Below, one piece after another: positions 16,109-26,909 of a DNA stretch of 64,000 nucleotides. Source of the DNA: a virus (Duplodnaviria > Caudoviricetes); the IMG/VR virus record IMGVR_UViG_3300044658_000017, positions 1-64,000 of that record; one strand, 5' to 3'. The notes below the pieces were generated by a model. It was not told the DNA's origin. It saw only the letters and a list, made by a program, of their open reading frames with translations, and made no database searches. Position numbers and translations under genes: made by a program. Positions within the stretch are counted from its first letter, which is position 1. Each line of letters opens with the position of its first letter.

Positions 16109-18565
16109 ATGAGCAATGCAACTATCACTGCAATGAGAGACTTTGCTGAGGAAAGTACTCGGGAAGGTCTGCCTCACAGAGAGAGAGTTACACAAAAGGA
16201 AAGAAATGCCAATGATAAGCAATGGTATAAAGACAAGATTAATCTTGTTAGTGCTGCTGCTTATGGCTCTACCTTCTATTATGGATATGGAGGGGTAACC
16301 GACTGGAAAAGAAAGAAGGTTAACTATGATCTCTTCAATAATATCATCAATAAAGCAGACTTTGAATATGTCTGTCAACCATATGGTGCTCAAGTAGGTG
16401 ATTTACCTGCTCAAATGACTAATAGAGACATTGTATCTGGAAAGATCAAAGTCTTATTAGGAATGGAAATGAGTATGCCATTTAGTTGGAATGTAATAGC
16501 TACCAATGAACAAGCAACTACCAGAAAAGAACAGGAAGAATTTGGGAGAATTAGACAATTTGTTATTGATGAAATAATGTCTCCTATAGATGCTGCTCTA
16601 AAGAAACAAGAACAACAAGCTAAAACTGGCAGGAAACTCAGTCCTGAGGAAGAACAGAAATTAATTGAAGACTTACAAGCTCAGAGAGAATCCCAAACTC
16701 CTGACGAAGTAAGAAAGTACATGGTAAGGGAACATCAAGACCCTGCTGAAGTACAAGCTCAGGAAATTCTCAATTATCTTACACAGAAAGAGAAGTTAGC
16801 ACAGAAGTTCAACAAAGGTTTTAAGCACATGTGTTTATCTGGTACAGGTGTGTATCGGGTAGATATTATTAATGGTGAACCTTGTGTTGTAGTAGTCAAT
16901 CCTTTGTATTTTGACTATGATAAATCACCAGATTTGGACTACATAGAAGATGGTGAATGGGCAAGATGTGAGTATAGAATGACACCATCTGAAGTAGTAG
17001 CAAATTTTGGACATGAAATGACTGAAGATGAGATAGATAGAGTGTATAGATTCCAAGATAACTGGGCTTCTCCTACTTTGATAGATTACAACTTTACATT
17101 TGATGAGAATAGTAGTGCTAATACTGTTACAGTGATACATGTAACATGGAAATCACTAAGAAAAATTGGCTTTTTAACCTTTGTAGATGATAAAGGAGAA
17201 CTTCAGGAGAAGATAGTTGATGAAAACTATCAACTTACTAAGTCACAGGGTGATGTAGAGATAGAATGGGAGTGGATTCCTGAAGCACATGAAGGTTGGA
17301 AGATACTTGATGATATTTATGTCAATTGTAGACCAGTTCCGGGACAACATAAAGACCTTGATAACTTATATGAGTGTAAACTTCCTTATTATGGAGCTTC
17401 ATTTGATCATATAAACTCAAGAGTAACTGCTCCAATGGATAGAATGAAGTCATATCAATATTATTATGACATTATTCTATACAGAATTGAACTTTTAATG
17501 GCTTCAGACAAGGGTAAAATCCTTGCTGCAAACATTAATGCTATACCAAAGAGTGCTGGTATTGATGTAACTAAGTTCATGTACTTCATGGAGGCTAATA
17601 AAATTGCTTTCTTTAACCCAAATGAGGAAGGCAATAGAGGTCAGGGTGATGTTACAAACATGGTTAAGGAGATAGATATGAGTTTGGCATCTGATATATT
17701 CAAATATATACAGATGGCAGAGTTTATAGAGAAGAAATGTGGTCTTGCCATAGGTGTAACACCTCAAATGGAGGCTCAAATTGGCCCCGGTGATGCCGTA
17801 AGTAATACGAGACAGAACTTAGTACAGGCTTCTCATATAGTTAGACCTTACTTTGATATGCATAATAATGTTAAGGCTAATGTATTACAAGCCTTAATAG
17901 ACAAAGCTAAGGTTGCTTATGCTACTAAACAGCCTCGTAAGTTAAGTTATGTACTTGATGATATGTCTTATAGAATGCTTACAATAGACCCTGATATGCT
18001 GGATAACAGCACATTTGGAATCTTTGTAAGTAATAGTAGTAAAGCTGAGGATGCTAAACAGGCAGTAATCCAATTGGCACAGGCAGCACTTCAGAATCAA
18101 CAAGCTGACTTGGCTGATATTATTAAGATTATAAGATCAGAATCTATTAATGAGGCTGTTGAAGACCTCGAAGCTGCACAGGCTCGTAAACAAGTTGAGG
18201 CTAATGCTGCTAAAAGAGAAGAGCTTCAGGCTAATAAAGAGGCTCAGGCTCAACAAGAAAAGCTGAAAAGAGATGAGTGGGAGCATGAGAAAGAGATGAT
18301 TATTCTCAAGGAAGAAGAGAGAAGAAAAACAGAACTTCAAAAGCAGGCTATGTTAAGTATTGGTTTTGACCCAAATAAAGATGAAGATGAAGATCAGGTG
18401 CCAGATGTATTGGAAGTATACAAATTTGGGGTAGATGCTGATATAAAGAGGAAAAAATTAGAGCTTGATCAGGCTAAACTTGACCAGAAGACTACCCATG
18501 ATGCTGAAAAGCTCCGACTTGAAGAGAAAAAGATAAAAGAACAGGCCAAGAAAAAGGATAAATAA
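16109..18565 (+). CDS. Portal protein
   Basis: Directly after TerL; YDLFNNIIN..DFEYV, YFDYDKSPDLDYIEDGEW, MDRMKSYQYYYDII, C-terminal coiled coil and DxDxDQVPDVLE, as in crAss-like portals. Confidence 0.9.
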   Translation: MSNATITAMRDFAEESTREGLPHRERVTQKERNANDKQWYKDKINLVSAAAYGSTFYYGYGGVTDWKRKKVNYDLFNNIINKADFEYVCQPYGAQVGDLPAQMTNRDIVSGKIKVLLGMEMSMPFSWNVIATNEQATTRKEQEEFGRIRQFVIDEIMSPIDAALKKQEQQAKTGRKLSPEEEQKLIEDLQAQRESQTPDEVRKYMVREHQDPAEVQAQEILNYLTQKEKLAQKFNKGFKHMCLSGTGVYRVDIINGEPCVVVVNPLYFDYDKSPDLDYIEDGEWARCEYRMTPSEVVANFGHEMTEDEIDRVYRFQDNWASPTLIDYNFTFDENSSANTVTVIHVTWKSLRKIGFLTFVDDKGELQEKIVDENYQLTKSQGDVEIEWEWIPEAHEGWKILDDIYVNCRPVPGQHKDLDNLYECKLPYYGASFDHINSRVTAPMDRMKSYQYYYDIILYRIELLMASDKGKILAANINAIPKSAGIDVTKFMYFMEANKIAFFNPNEEGNRGQGDVTNMVKEIDMSLASDIFKYIQMAEFIEKKCGLAIGVTPQMEAQIGPGDAVSNTRQNLVQASHIVRPYFDMHNNVKANVLQALIDKAKVAYATKQPRKLSYVLDDMSYRMLTIDPDMLDNSTFGIFVSNSSKAEDAKQAVIQLAQAALQNQQADLADIIKIIRSESINEAVEDLEAAQARKQVEANAAKREELQANKEAQAQQEKLKRDEWEHEKEMIILKEEERRKTELQKQAMLSIGFDPNKDEDEDQVPDVLEVYKFGVDADIKRKKLELDQAKLDQKTTHDAEKLRLEEKKIKEQAKKKDK

Positions 18566-18650
18566 AATTAAGGCTATTACAAGGAACTTTATATAGTTCA
18601 GAATGAAACTTAACATTAATTCATTTTTAAAATTAAATTTGTAACAGATT

Positions 18651-20033
18651 ATGGCAAAAGAGAAACTTACAGAAGGTCAGGATAATAACTCATTAGAGAA
18701 CTTCAGTTGGGATTCAACCAGTGAAGACTTCTTTGGCATAAAAGGTACTGCCGTAGAGACTGAAAAAGTCCCTTCAGTTGATGAGGTTATTAAACAGGTT
18801 ACAGGAGATGATGAAGATGACGATTTTGAAAATGAAGAAGGTGTAACCAAGATAGAAGATGAGAAGAAAGACAAAAAGGATAAAAAGGCTGATAAGAAGC
18901 CTGCCAAAAAAGTAGCTTCTGAAGAGGAAGAAGGTGCAGAAGATGAAGATGCTGAAGAAGATGAATCTTTCTTTAATGTAGAAGAAGATGATGAGGAAGA
19001 AGAAGACGACGAAGAGAAAGAAGAAGAGAAGAAAGATAAAAAGAGAGAGGTTAAAGATAAGGTTAAGAAAGATGCAAAGGAAGAAGGAGAAGATAAGGAT
19101 AAAGGTAAGAATAAGAAAGCTGAAGAGCCTCAATCAGATAAAGAGTTCTTTTTAACACTGGCTTCTGAAATGAAAGAAAGAGGCATCTTACAGAATGTAG
19201 AGTTACCAGAAGATGCTAAAGAATTAAGTGAGGAAGATTTCTTTGCCTTACAAGATAAAGAGATTGAATCAAGAGTTGATGAAACTTTTGAATCATTCTT
19301 TGAAGAAATGGATGATGACGGTAAAGAGTTTTTGAAGTTCAAAAAGAATGGTGGTAGAAGCATAGACTTCATCAATGTATATGCTAATAGTCCTGTTCCT
19401 GATTTTGGAGAAGATTTTAACTCAGCCAATGAAAGTCACCGTCAGGAAGTAATTGAAACCTATCTTGCTCTTGTAGATAAGATGGATGCCGATGAGATCA
19501 AGGACAGAATGGATTGGCTAAAAGAACAAGGTAAAGACAAGGCTTATTCAGAGAAGTACTATAATAAGTTAGTTGAGATTGATGCTGCTCAGAAAAGAGC
19601 CTTACAGGAGACTCAGGCTAAAGCTGCAAAACTAAGAGAAGAAAGCATTAAGAATTTCAACAAGAAGTTGCTTAGTACTCTTGAAAAAACAGATAAAGTT
19701 GGTGTATTTAAGATCACCAAAGCAGATAAGAAAAAGCTCGGTGACTTAATAACCAAACCAACTGTTAAAGTAGGTAAGAACAAATATGTTCCAGCTTTTA
19801 ACAGTAAACTTGGTACAATACTCAAAGGTGAGACACCTGAAGATCAACAGAAGTTGATTCTTCTTGCTAAACTGATAGAAGATGATTTCAATGTCAGTGA
19901 TCTTGTACAGAAAGTACAAACAGAAGTTACAAGAACAGCAAAGTCAAAGTTGAGAGATGCCAAGAACGGAGTTAAGCCATCATCATCAGGTTCATATACA
20001 CGTAAATCATTATCAGATTATTTTAACGAATAA
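18651..20033 (+). CDS. Acidic/charged head-assembly (scaffold-like) protein
   Basis: Between portal and MCP; long D/E/K low-complexity tract; preceded by a -7 element TAAATTTG (18634-18641). Confidence 0.65.
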   Translation: MAKEKLTEGQDNNSLENFSWDSTSEDFFGIKGTAVETEKVPSVDEVIKQVTGDDEDDDFENEEGVTKIEDEKKDKKDKKADKKPAKKVASEEEEGAEDEDAEEDESFFNVEEDDEEEEDDEEKEEEKKDKKREVKDKVKKDAKEEGEDKDKGKNKKAEEPQSDKEFFLTLASEMKERGILQNVELPEDAKELSEEDFFALQDKEIESRVDETFESFFEEMDDDGKEFLKFKKNGGRSIDFINVYANSPVPDFGEDFNSANESHRQEVIETYLALVDKMDADEIKDRMDWLKEQGKDKAYSEKYYNKLVEIDAAQKRALQETQAKAAKLREESIKNFNKKLLSTLEKTDKVGVFKITKADKKKLGDLITKPTVKVGKNKYVPAFNSKLGTILKGETPEDQQKLILLAKLIEDDFNVSDLVQKVQTEVTRTAKSKLRDAKNGVKPSSSGSYTRKSLSDYFNE

Positions 20034-20038
20034 AAACT

Positions 20039-21490
20039 ATGGCAAGACTAATAAACAAGTTGGTGACCAAAGCAATGCCGTGGCATGCTAACATGACCGA
20101 GTTGAACCATTTAGGTGCAGCTTTGTTAGCAAAGCCCCATGTGTTTGAGTCAAGAATGACACAACTGTTTTCTGCCTCTCGATACTCTGACAACCCTCTC
20201 ACCTATATGCTGGCAGGTAAGTCTGAGAAGACCATTAACACATCTGCTTGGGAATGGGAAATGAGAGGTGCTATTACAAGACCACTTGTAGTAGTAGAAA
20301 ACGTAGAACCTGTAGGTAATACTACCCCCGGTAAATTTAAACAGTTATTCAAGATCAAACTTGATGAAGATTGGTATATGCCCGGTGATATTATCCACCC
20401 CGGAGCTTCTAACAAGAAATACCAATGTCGTATTCAAAGCCAGCCTTTCCGTCAAGGTAATGGTTGGATATATGAAGTAAGAGGTATGTGGGATGACCCT
20501 CAAATGTCCCTGCCTACCAAATACCTTGAAAGAGGTACACAATGGGCAAAGCTCTTTGCTCAATATGAAGAAGCTGCTGAACAATCAGGTTCTACTCAGT
20601 ATAGCTTACCTATTGCACTGCAAAACAGAATGTCTCGTTATAGAAAGACTTACCGTGTTACTGGTGATGCTGCTAATGAGGTATTAGCTGTTAAGATACC
20701 AGATAGCAAAGGTACTTACCATGATTCATGGATTAAGTATGCTGAAGTAGAATACTGGCAACAGTGGTATCGTGAACTGGAAAGAGGCTATTGGTATAGC
20801 CGTAGTACTGATACAGTACTTGGTGCCAATGGTAGACCTATTTATACCGGCCCCGGCATACAAGAAATGCTGGAAGAAAGCCATGTACATTACTACTCTG
20901 TGTTAACAGCAAGGTTAATAGAAGAATACCTGATGGATATTTTCTATAGCCGTGTTAAACCCGGAAGTGGTAGAAAGATTGCAGCTTTCACTGGTGAATA
21001 TGGTATGATTCAGTTCCATAGAGCTATCATGGAATGGCAGCAAAAGAAAGGCTTCATTCAGGTGGTAGATCAGATCATGATTCAGAAAGAAAAATCACCT
21101 TATACAGAAAATGGTTTAGTTGCCGGCTTCCAGTATGTAAGATACCGTATGGCCAATGGTGCTGAACTTGAGTTAATCCATAACCCTCTCTATGATGACA
21201 GAGAGATCAACTTTGAAATTGACCCTGTTACCGGCTTCCCTATGGAGTCTCAACGTTTCACTTTCCTTGATTTCTCAAAAGAAAGAGAAGGTAACATTGT
21301 TCTGATGAACAAAGCCAACTCTTTCAAACTTGGTTATGTTGCCGGTCTTCAAAGCCCTTATGGCCCGACTAACAACAAGATTATGTCTCATAGTGGTGAT
21401 TACTATGACATGCACGTACAGAAACAGTGTGGTGTTCACATCGAGGACATTACACGTTGTGGAGAATTAATCCTTGCCCGAGCAGCTTAA
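20039..21490 (+). CDS. Major capsid protein (crAss-like HK97 fold)
   Basis: Synteny (portal-scaffold-MCP), 483 aa, W..YAEVEYWQQW.RE.ER..WY..S and GPGIQEMLE motifs; strong downstream terminator. Confidence 0.9.
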   Translation: MARLINKLVTKAMPWHANMTELNHLGAALLAKPHVFESRMTQLFSASRYSDNPLTYMLAGKSEKTINTSAWEWEMRGAITRPLVVVENVEPVGNTTPGKFKQLFKIKLDEDWYMPGDIIHPGASNKKYQCRIQSQPFRQGNGWIYEVRGMWDDPQMSLPTKYLERGTQWAKLFAQYEEAAEQSGSTQYSLPIALQNRMSRYRKTYRVTGDAANEVLAVKIPDSKGTYHDSWIKYAEVEYWQQWYRELERGYWYSRSTDTVLGANGRPIYTGPGIQEMLEESHVHYYSVLTARLIEEYLMDIFYSRVKPGSGRKIAAFTGEYGMIQFHRAIMEWQQKKGFIQVVDQIMIQKEKSPYTENGLVAGFQYVRYRMANGAELELIHNPLYDDREINFEIDPVTGFPMESQRFTFLDFSKEREGNIVLMNKANSFKLGYVAGLQSPYGPTNNKIMSHSGDYYDMHVQKQCGVHIEDITRCGELILARAA

Positions 21491-21513
21491 TCATAATACC
21501 TACGAAGAACACA

Positions 21514-21545
21514 TAAAGGGGGAGCAGATAGTTACTCTCCCTTTA
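21514..21545 (+). terminator. Intrinsic terminator after the MCP gene
   Basis: TAAAGGGGGAG / CTCTCCCTTTA stem. Confidence 0.7.
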
Positions 21546-21594
21546 TTCTAACTAAGAGAATAAGGATATTACTTAACAGATAAATGTAAAACTT

Positions 21595-22395
21595 ATGGCT
21601 ATTGTCGAAGTAAGACCACTTAATAAAAAGAAGTGGCATGGTAAATCAGATAAAGAATCTTTTACCAGACCAACAGTAATACAAGTTCTTTATGATCACA
21701 ATACTGGTAAATATGCTACTGGTTTGACTGATGAAGAGATGGAAAGATTTAGTAGGGAACTTGGTTTGAGAATTGATGACAAGTTTAATCCAGCAGAAGA
21801 ACACCCTTATTGGAGTTCAAAAGCTGCCCAAATTAAGTTGGAGAATCATACAATGTTCTTCAATACTGATAAAGCCTCAGACTATATTAAAGTTAAGAAC
21901 ATGAAGGCTCAACAGTGCCAGTTCGTAGCAAATAGTTTGAGAGAATGGGAAGAAAACAAATGGCCTGAAGCTACTCATGTTATCTTCGATGAAAGTGAAG
22001 AAGCTACTATTAAGGCCAGCAAAATCGAACAGAAGAAAAAGGCATACAAGCTCTCTGAAAAAATGACTGTAGCTGAAAAGGCTGCAATGGTACTTATCTT
22101 AACAGGTAAATATGTTAAGAATAAGAGTGCCAACTACATTGAAGTAGCACTAGATGAGGCTATTGAAGAAAACATGGAAGATTTTCTTACTTATGCCTCA
22201 ATGGATGCAATAGACTTCTCAATCAGAGGTCAGATACTTGAAGGTTTACACCGTCAGATACTGACAAAAGAAGGTGGTGCTATTTACTATATGGGTGAAA
22301 GGTTAGGCTTTGACATTAATGATGCCATAGACTACTTTAAAGACCCCAACAATCAAAAAATCAAAGTTGCAATACTTGAAAAACTGACTGGATAA
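21595..22395 (+). CDS. Conserved crAss-like post-MCP protein
   Basis: Synteny; GKYATGLT.EE, HPYW..KA.QIKLEN motifs. Confidence 0.7.
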   Translation: MAIVEVRPLNKKKWHGKSDKESFTRPTVIQVLYDHNTGKYATGLTDEEMERFSRELGLRIDDKFNPAEEHPYWSSKAAQIKLENHTMFFNTDKASDYIKVKNMKAQQCQFVANSLREWEENKWPEATHVIFDESEEATIKASKIEQKKKAYKLSEKMTVAEKAAMVLILTGKYVKNKSANYIEVALDEAIEENMEDFLTYASMDAIDFSIRGQILEGLHRQILTKEGGAIYYMGERLGFDINDAIDYFKDPNNQKIKVAILEKLTG

Positions 22396-23120
22396 TGAAT
22401 GCAAGGGAGATGCACTATGACTTTAAACAGAAACTCAATAAGATAGATAGTCAGAAGTATAGGAACTTATATGTACCTGAAATAGACTGGAAACTTAATG
22501 AGGCACAGGATGTTTTTGTCAAGATGATAGCAGAACCCCGGTATGCAAAACTTATAGGATTTGAATCTAGTCAGAGAACTATTGAAGATATAATAACAAT
22601 AGTTGAAGATCAAAATCAAACAAGTGGCACTTGCATAACTCCCACTATATATGACACAAATCGTTACTTGGCAACTATACCTGATGATTATTGGTTCCAT
22701 GTACGATCTAAGGTCATAGCCTCGAAAGGAAGCTGTACTAATGTGTTATTGGATACTCATCAAAGACAGCATGATGATCTACATGAAAGATCACCTTTTG
22801 ATAGAAGCTCTTTTGAATGGAGGTACATTAATATGGAGTATAATAGTGATGGCTTTGTACTCTTTACAGATGGTACCTTTCAGGTTAATAAGTTCTGTCT
22901 GAGTTACATCAGATTTCCTAGATTTATCCATAATGCACAGGATTATCAAGGGGGAACTTATACATCACTTTCAGGACAGGTTCTAACAGGTTCTCAGAGT
23001 TGTGAGTTACCACCAAAGACCCACAGAGAGATAGTGGATATTGCAGTGTTGATAACAACAGGTGATTTACAAATACCTGACTATGCTATAAAGGCAAACA
23101 AATTAACTTTAACTAATTAA
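22395..23120 (+). CDS. Head-tail adaptor / ring protein (crAss-like)
   Basis: EIDWKLNEAQ..FVK and CELP..THREIVDIAV motifs; synteny. Confidence 0.7.
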   Translation: MNAREMHYDFKQKLNKIDSQKYRNLYVPEIDWKLNEAQDVFVKMIAEPRYAKLIGFESSQRTIEDIITIVEDQNQTSGTCITPTIYDTNRYLATIPDDYWFHVRSKVIASKGSCTNVLLDTHQRQHDDLHERSPFDRSSFEWRYINMEYNSDGFVLFTDGTFQVNKFCLSYIRFPRFIHNAQDYQGGTYTSLSGQVLTGSQSCELPPKTHREIVDIAVLITTGDLQIPDYAIKANKLTLTN

Positions 23121-23133
23121 ATTTTGAAAGTAA

Positions 23134-24324
23134 ATGTCAACAACTAATCCCATATGGCAGGTACTTGTAACTAAAGGAAACTTAGCTCCTTTGGCTGCTG
23201 GTAACCCCATAACTTCCTTAGCACCGGGGCAAGTTGGTGTCTTCAATTATCACACTGGTTTATCACTGGGTACAGCTTCTGCTGCTGCTGACTGTCAGGA
23301 TTTCTTTCTGGCTGTTGGTTTGAATAGAAGTGGTGCAGGTGGTGGTGCTACACTTGAGGACATTAATAAAAGTGCCGGACAAGTTATTCAAGCTGCAAGA
23401 GTAAGTAGCTATGGTAACAGATGTTACACTGCTCCTGCTTCTAAGATTGTAGATATTACAGACTTCACTGTAAAGTGTAACCATGAGTATCTGGTAAAGA
23501 TAGAGTTCCGTAATCAACACATCTACTCTCAGTATGGTTACAATCAGTTTACTAAAACCTTTCAAGAGGTTTCAGGATGCTGTGATGATGCTTGCACTGA
23601 TTGCGCAACTGGTGATTGCAATACTCTTGCATTGAACTTCGTAAATGATATTAACCTCGACCCTGATCAACTGGTTAAGGCTGATTTATTGGATTATACT
23701 ACTACTCCCGGAACTCCTGTTGTAGTACCTGTATCTGGTTTTGCTGCATGGGTAGCAGCTAATGCCGGTAAATGTTTAGGTATTCGTTTGACCTCTATCA
23801 CAGAGAATATCAGAAAATACTGTGACATTAACCTGCAATATTACAATCCTAGAGGTACTCAAATCATTGTATCAGCATTGGATGGTTTCTTGTGCAATAG
23901 CACTGTAACCACTTCTCAGGAACTTACCTATGAAGAAGGTGCTGGCTATGATATTAAATGGTTAGAGTATGAAGCTGGTGGTTGGAATGGTAAACCCGGC
24001 CCCTACAGAGTATCAGCTTTGACTGGTACTGCCAGAACAGGGTTTGAATATTGGGCTGATGATACTGTAAAATATAGCTTAACTACTTTAAGCTATGATG
24101 TACGTAGCCAATCAAACTTCCTGAAATATGACGGAAACACTCAGACGGATATTGCTATCCCTTGTGCTGATACCACAACCCTTACAGGTCTGATTGCAAT
24201 TCTTGATCATATATTAACTCAATTCTCTGCCAATGCCGGCAATGCTGCTCTTTGTGATTGCACTGGTGCAAATCATACAGGTGGTTATGCTGTAGCTAAT
24301 AATGGTGTCAAATCTTTGACATAA
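23134..24324 (+). CDS. Cys-rich structural protein (putative auxiliary capsid protein)
   Basis: Synteny with the crAss capsid module; CCDDACTDCATGDC, GAGYDIKWLEYEAGGW; followed by a terminator. Confidence 0.6.
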   Translation: MSTTNPIWQVLVTKGNLAPLAAGNPITSLAPGQVGVFNYHTGLSLGTASAAADCQDFFLAVGLNRSGAGGGATLEDINKSAGQVIQAARVSSYGNRCYTAPASKIVDITDFTVKCNHEYLVKIEFRNQHIYSQYGYNQFTKTFQEVSGCCDDACTDCATGDCNTLALNFVNDINLDPDQLVKADLLDYTTTPGTPVVVPVSGFAAWVAANAGKCLGIRLTSITENIRKYCDINLQYYNPRGTQIIVSALDGFLCNSTVTTSQELTYEEGAGYDIKWLEYEAGGWNGKPGPYRVSALTGTARTGFEYWADDTVKYSLTTLSYDVRSQSNFLKYDGNTQTDIAIPCADTTTLTGLIAILDHILTQFSANAGNAALCDCTGANHTGGYAVANNGVKSLT

Positions 24325-24343
24325 TCTGTAAGTTTTATTCTTA

Positions 24344-24379
24344 GGGGGCATTTCTATGCCCCTTTCTTTTATATATTTG
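24344..24379 (+). terminator. Terminator hairpin immediately followed by a -7 element TATATTTG (24372-24379)
   Basis: GGGGCAT-ttct-ATGCCCC plus TTTCTTTT. Confidence 0.7.
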
Positions 24380-24398
24380 TGCCTATAAAAACTACTCA

Positions 24399-24944
24399 AT
24401 GCTGACTATAACATATATGGATAATGGCAGTATTCTTCTATCTTCCCCTAAGATAGCAGCATTAGTGGCCAATCCTTCCGGTTATTTACAATTCAAAATT
24501 GAAGCAACTATAAATTGTTGCCCTGAATTATTTTCTCACACTTTTGCTATTCCTCTTGTTGATACTACTCTTGCCGTCTTTAATGGCAATAGCATTGAAG
24601 TAAAACCACTCTTCTTCAATGTTATCATTCCCAACCTAATCAGAGATGGAATCTACTGGTTTAGGGTTAAAATATTTACTGATGCTAATAACTACACTTA
24701 TGAAGAGGATTGTGCCTTTATGGACGTTACCTATAAGTGTAAAGTAGCTGGTTATATAGATAATCTTAATGATACTATAGTAACTGAAGATAAGCAAATC
24801 AGTACCAATGTACATTTATTACACTATGCTCTTACAAATGGTTCCAACTGTGGTTGTAACTGTACATCATTATGTGATGTATTTACAGAGCTAACAAAAC
24901 TTATTACACCAATAACACCTCAACAAAGAAGCTGTGGCTGTTAA
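24399..24944 (+). CDS. Cys-rich structural protein, 181 aa
   Basis: ORF track; SNCGCNCTSLC and terminal SCGC. Confidence 0.7.
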   Translation: MLTITYMDNGSILLSSPKIAALVANPSGYLQFKIEATINCCPELFSHTFAIPLVDTTLAVFNGNSIEVKPLFFNVIIPNLIRDGIYWFRVKIFTDANNYTYEEDCAFMDVTYKCKVAGYIDNLNDTIVTEDKQISTNVHLLHYALTNGSNCGCNCTSLCDVFTELTKLITPITPQQRSCGC

Positions 24945-25443
24945 ATGTAACATACCTACATTGGCCTTGCAACAATTGCAACAAATGTATTTTGGATTTA
25001 CTTGTCAGGATTTTACTACCAAGATAGTCCAGAATTACATGGAGTTTCTGCATTGTCCTACTGTAGATTATTATATATGTGATGATTTTCCTTGTGCAGA
25101 TGTTGAGGGAACTGTATTCTGTTCAGTAGATTCAGTTAATCTTACTGTAAGTAATATAACCGTAGCTGGTGCTACTGTAAGTTTCACTCCACCGACTCAA
25201 CCTTATGTAGTTAACTTAATACTTAATGGTACTATAGTCGATACTAAGGTTAACCCTACTTCACCTATATTGTATCAAAATCTAGGTGATGATTTAACAT
25301 ATACTGTACAGTTAACTATAAGCTGTCCTGCTGGTGAAAGTAAAACAACAAGTACCAATTTTCATACATCACCGATCTGTGTAGTAACTAATAATTTTGA
25401 GGCTACTACGGCTGATGTTTGTGATTATCCAATTTGTAACTAA
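24934..25443 (+). CDS. FN3-like domain protein
   Basis: NLTVSNIT..GATVSFT....LYQNL...LTYTVQLTISC..GES.T.S.NF.T fits the fibronectin type III pattern. Confidence 0.6.
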   Translation: MAVKCNIPTLALQQLQQMYFGFTCQDFTTKIVQNYMEFLHCPTVDYYICDDFPCADVEGTVFCSVDSVNLTVSNITVAGATVSFTPPTQPYVVNLILNGTIVDTKVNPTSPILYQNLGDDLTYTVQLTISCPAGESKTTSTNFHTSPICVVTNNFEATTADVCDYPICN

Positions 25444-26510
25444 TGAAGATTACATTAACTAAAATAGATTTAGGAGAAGCTACCTCACAAAATCAGGTAA
25501 TACATCTTTTTTGGAAGAAAGATGGAGAAGCTGATACTGCCTATAGAGCATTACCTGATGCTACTACAGATGTGAATGGTAACATTATAAGCCCTACTCC
25601 TTATCAGTTTACTACAGAAGGAACTGTTAATGTTCCTATATGGGTATTAGCAGTTAATGCTTGTGATGGTACAAAAAGAGTTACTCATAAGTTTGATGGC
25701 CTTGCTTTGTGTTGTCCCGGTGGATATACTTTGTCTCCTGATGGATTACAATGCTCTCAGACTATTATACAAACACCTACGGTTACACAAGCAGGAGTAT
25801 GTGTAGCATGTAGTAGATTATCTCCTGAATATGGTCAGGCTACAAGATTCTGGTCAGGATTTAACTATGCTCCTGATTTAAGTGATAATAATTATCAACT
25901 ATTAAATACTCCTTACTGGTCAGGTAACCCTGCCGGTTCTGGTTCTACAGCAGCTTGTGGTGATACAAGTCCTGTATCTGGTTTTCCTATATCACCTGTT
26001 AATAGACAAGGTGTATGGGTAGATACAAACTGTGATGGTACAAAGAATGCATTAACTGCTGGTGCTCAATTACAATTTACATGGGTTATTAATAGTCCTA
26101 CACCTAAAGTAGTATATGTAGGACTAGCTGGTGACAATAACTTTGTACTAACATTAAATGGTACTCAGATAGCTGCCAGAACAAATAACTCAGACCCTAC
26201 GAACTTTTATTTCCTATGGCTATTTCCAATACAATTAATATCTGGTACTAACTATATAGGAGCTTCATTTACTGGAGATGGTTCAGTAAGTGATATGGGT
26301 TGTATGATTATTATAGATAATGACCCATCTACAATACCGGGTATTACTGATGATAGTCAAATACAATACTTATTTCAGACTTCTCAAATGATAGGAAGTC
26401 AACCAATAGATATAGCAACTTGTAATCCGGGCTTTACCTTAGACACATCAGGAGGTTCGGGTAATTATAGATGTGTACAAGTAAATACAGTACCTTCATC
26501 ACCCTGTTAA
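25443..26510 (+). CDS. Cys-rich virion-type protein with EGF-like motifs and a PA14-like beta-sandwich
   Basis: CCPGGYTLSPDGLQC and CNPGFTLD...YRC; central YVGLAGDNNFVLTLNG resembles the PA14 xDDxxxLxxNG pattern. Confidence 0.55.
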   Translation: MKITLTKIDLGEATSQNQVIHLFWKKDGEADTAYRALPDATTDVNGNIISPTPYQFTTEGTVNVPIWVLAVNACDGTKRVTHKFDGLALCCPGGYTLSPDGLQCSQTIIQTPTVTQAGVCVACSRLSPEYGQATRFWSGFNYAPDLSDNNYQLLNTPYWSGNPAGSGSTAACGDTSPVSGFPISPVNRQGVWVDTNCDGTKNALTAGAQLQFTWVINSPTPKVVYVGLAGDNNFVLTLNGTQIAARTNNSDPTNFYFLWLFPIQLISGTNYIGASFTGDGSVSDMGCMIIIDNDPSTIPGITDDSQIQYLFQTSQMIGSQPIDIATCNPGFTLDTSGGSGNYRCVQVNTVPSSPC

Positions 26511-26522
26511 TAAAGAAGTAGT

Positions 26523-26837
26523 ATGTCAGCAAAGATAACATTAACACATGCAGATTTTGATAGGGTTCCCGGTGTCAATCAGATTTGTACTGTAAAATAT
26601 AAAGTACAAGGACAACCTGATTCATCCTTTATCACTGTGACTACTACTGCTGTAGTTGATATGGGTACAGGGAACTTCACTCCTTCTGTAGTTATATCAG
26701 GACTACTTAATGGAGTAACATATATTGTCAGGGTTTCTGATAATTGTAATAATATACCAGTTGACAAGCCCTTTACAACACCTCTTAGTATATGTGTTGC
26801 CTTAACAGATGTTGAAGGTACCACTGCTGTAGAGTAA
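26523..26837 (+). CDS. FN3/Ig-like small protein
   Basis: TVKYKVQG...VVISGLLNGVTYIVRVSDNC (ISGL..G.TY.VRV, FN3-like). Confidence 0.55.
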   Translation: MSAKITLTHADFDRVPGVNQICTVKYKVQGQPDSSFITVTTTAVVDMGTGNFTPSVVISGLLNGVTYIVRVSDNCNNIPVDKPFTTPLSICVALTDVEGTTAVE

Positions 26838-26909
26838 ACTATGAAAAACGATGATGACTATAGCAACAATCCGAATCCTATTTGTTAACCCGTTTAATCC
26901 CCCGTAAAG

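Noticed and set aside
18677-19825. Antisense ORFs over the scaffold-like gene and many other shadow ORFs in the track
   Set aside because: They are reverse-frame by-products of low-complexity or biased codon usage in real genes (F/L/S/I-rich, no leaders)
26841-26888. 15-aa ORF MKNDDDYSNNPNPIC
   Set aside because: Too short, with no independent support
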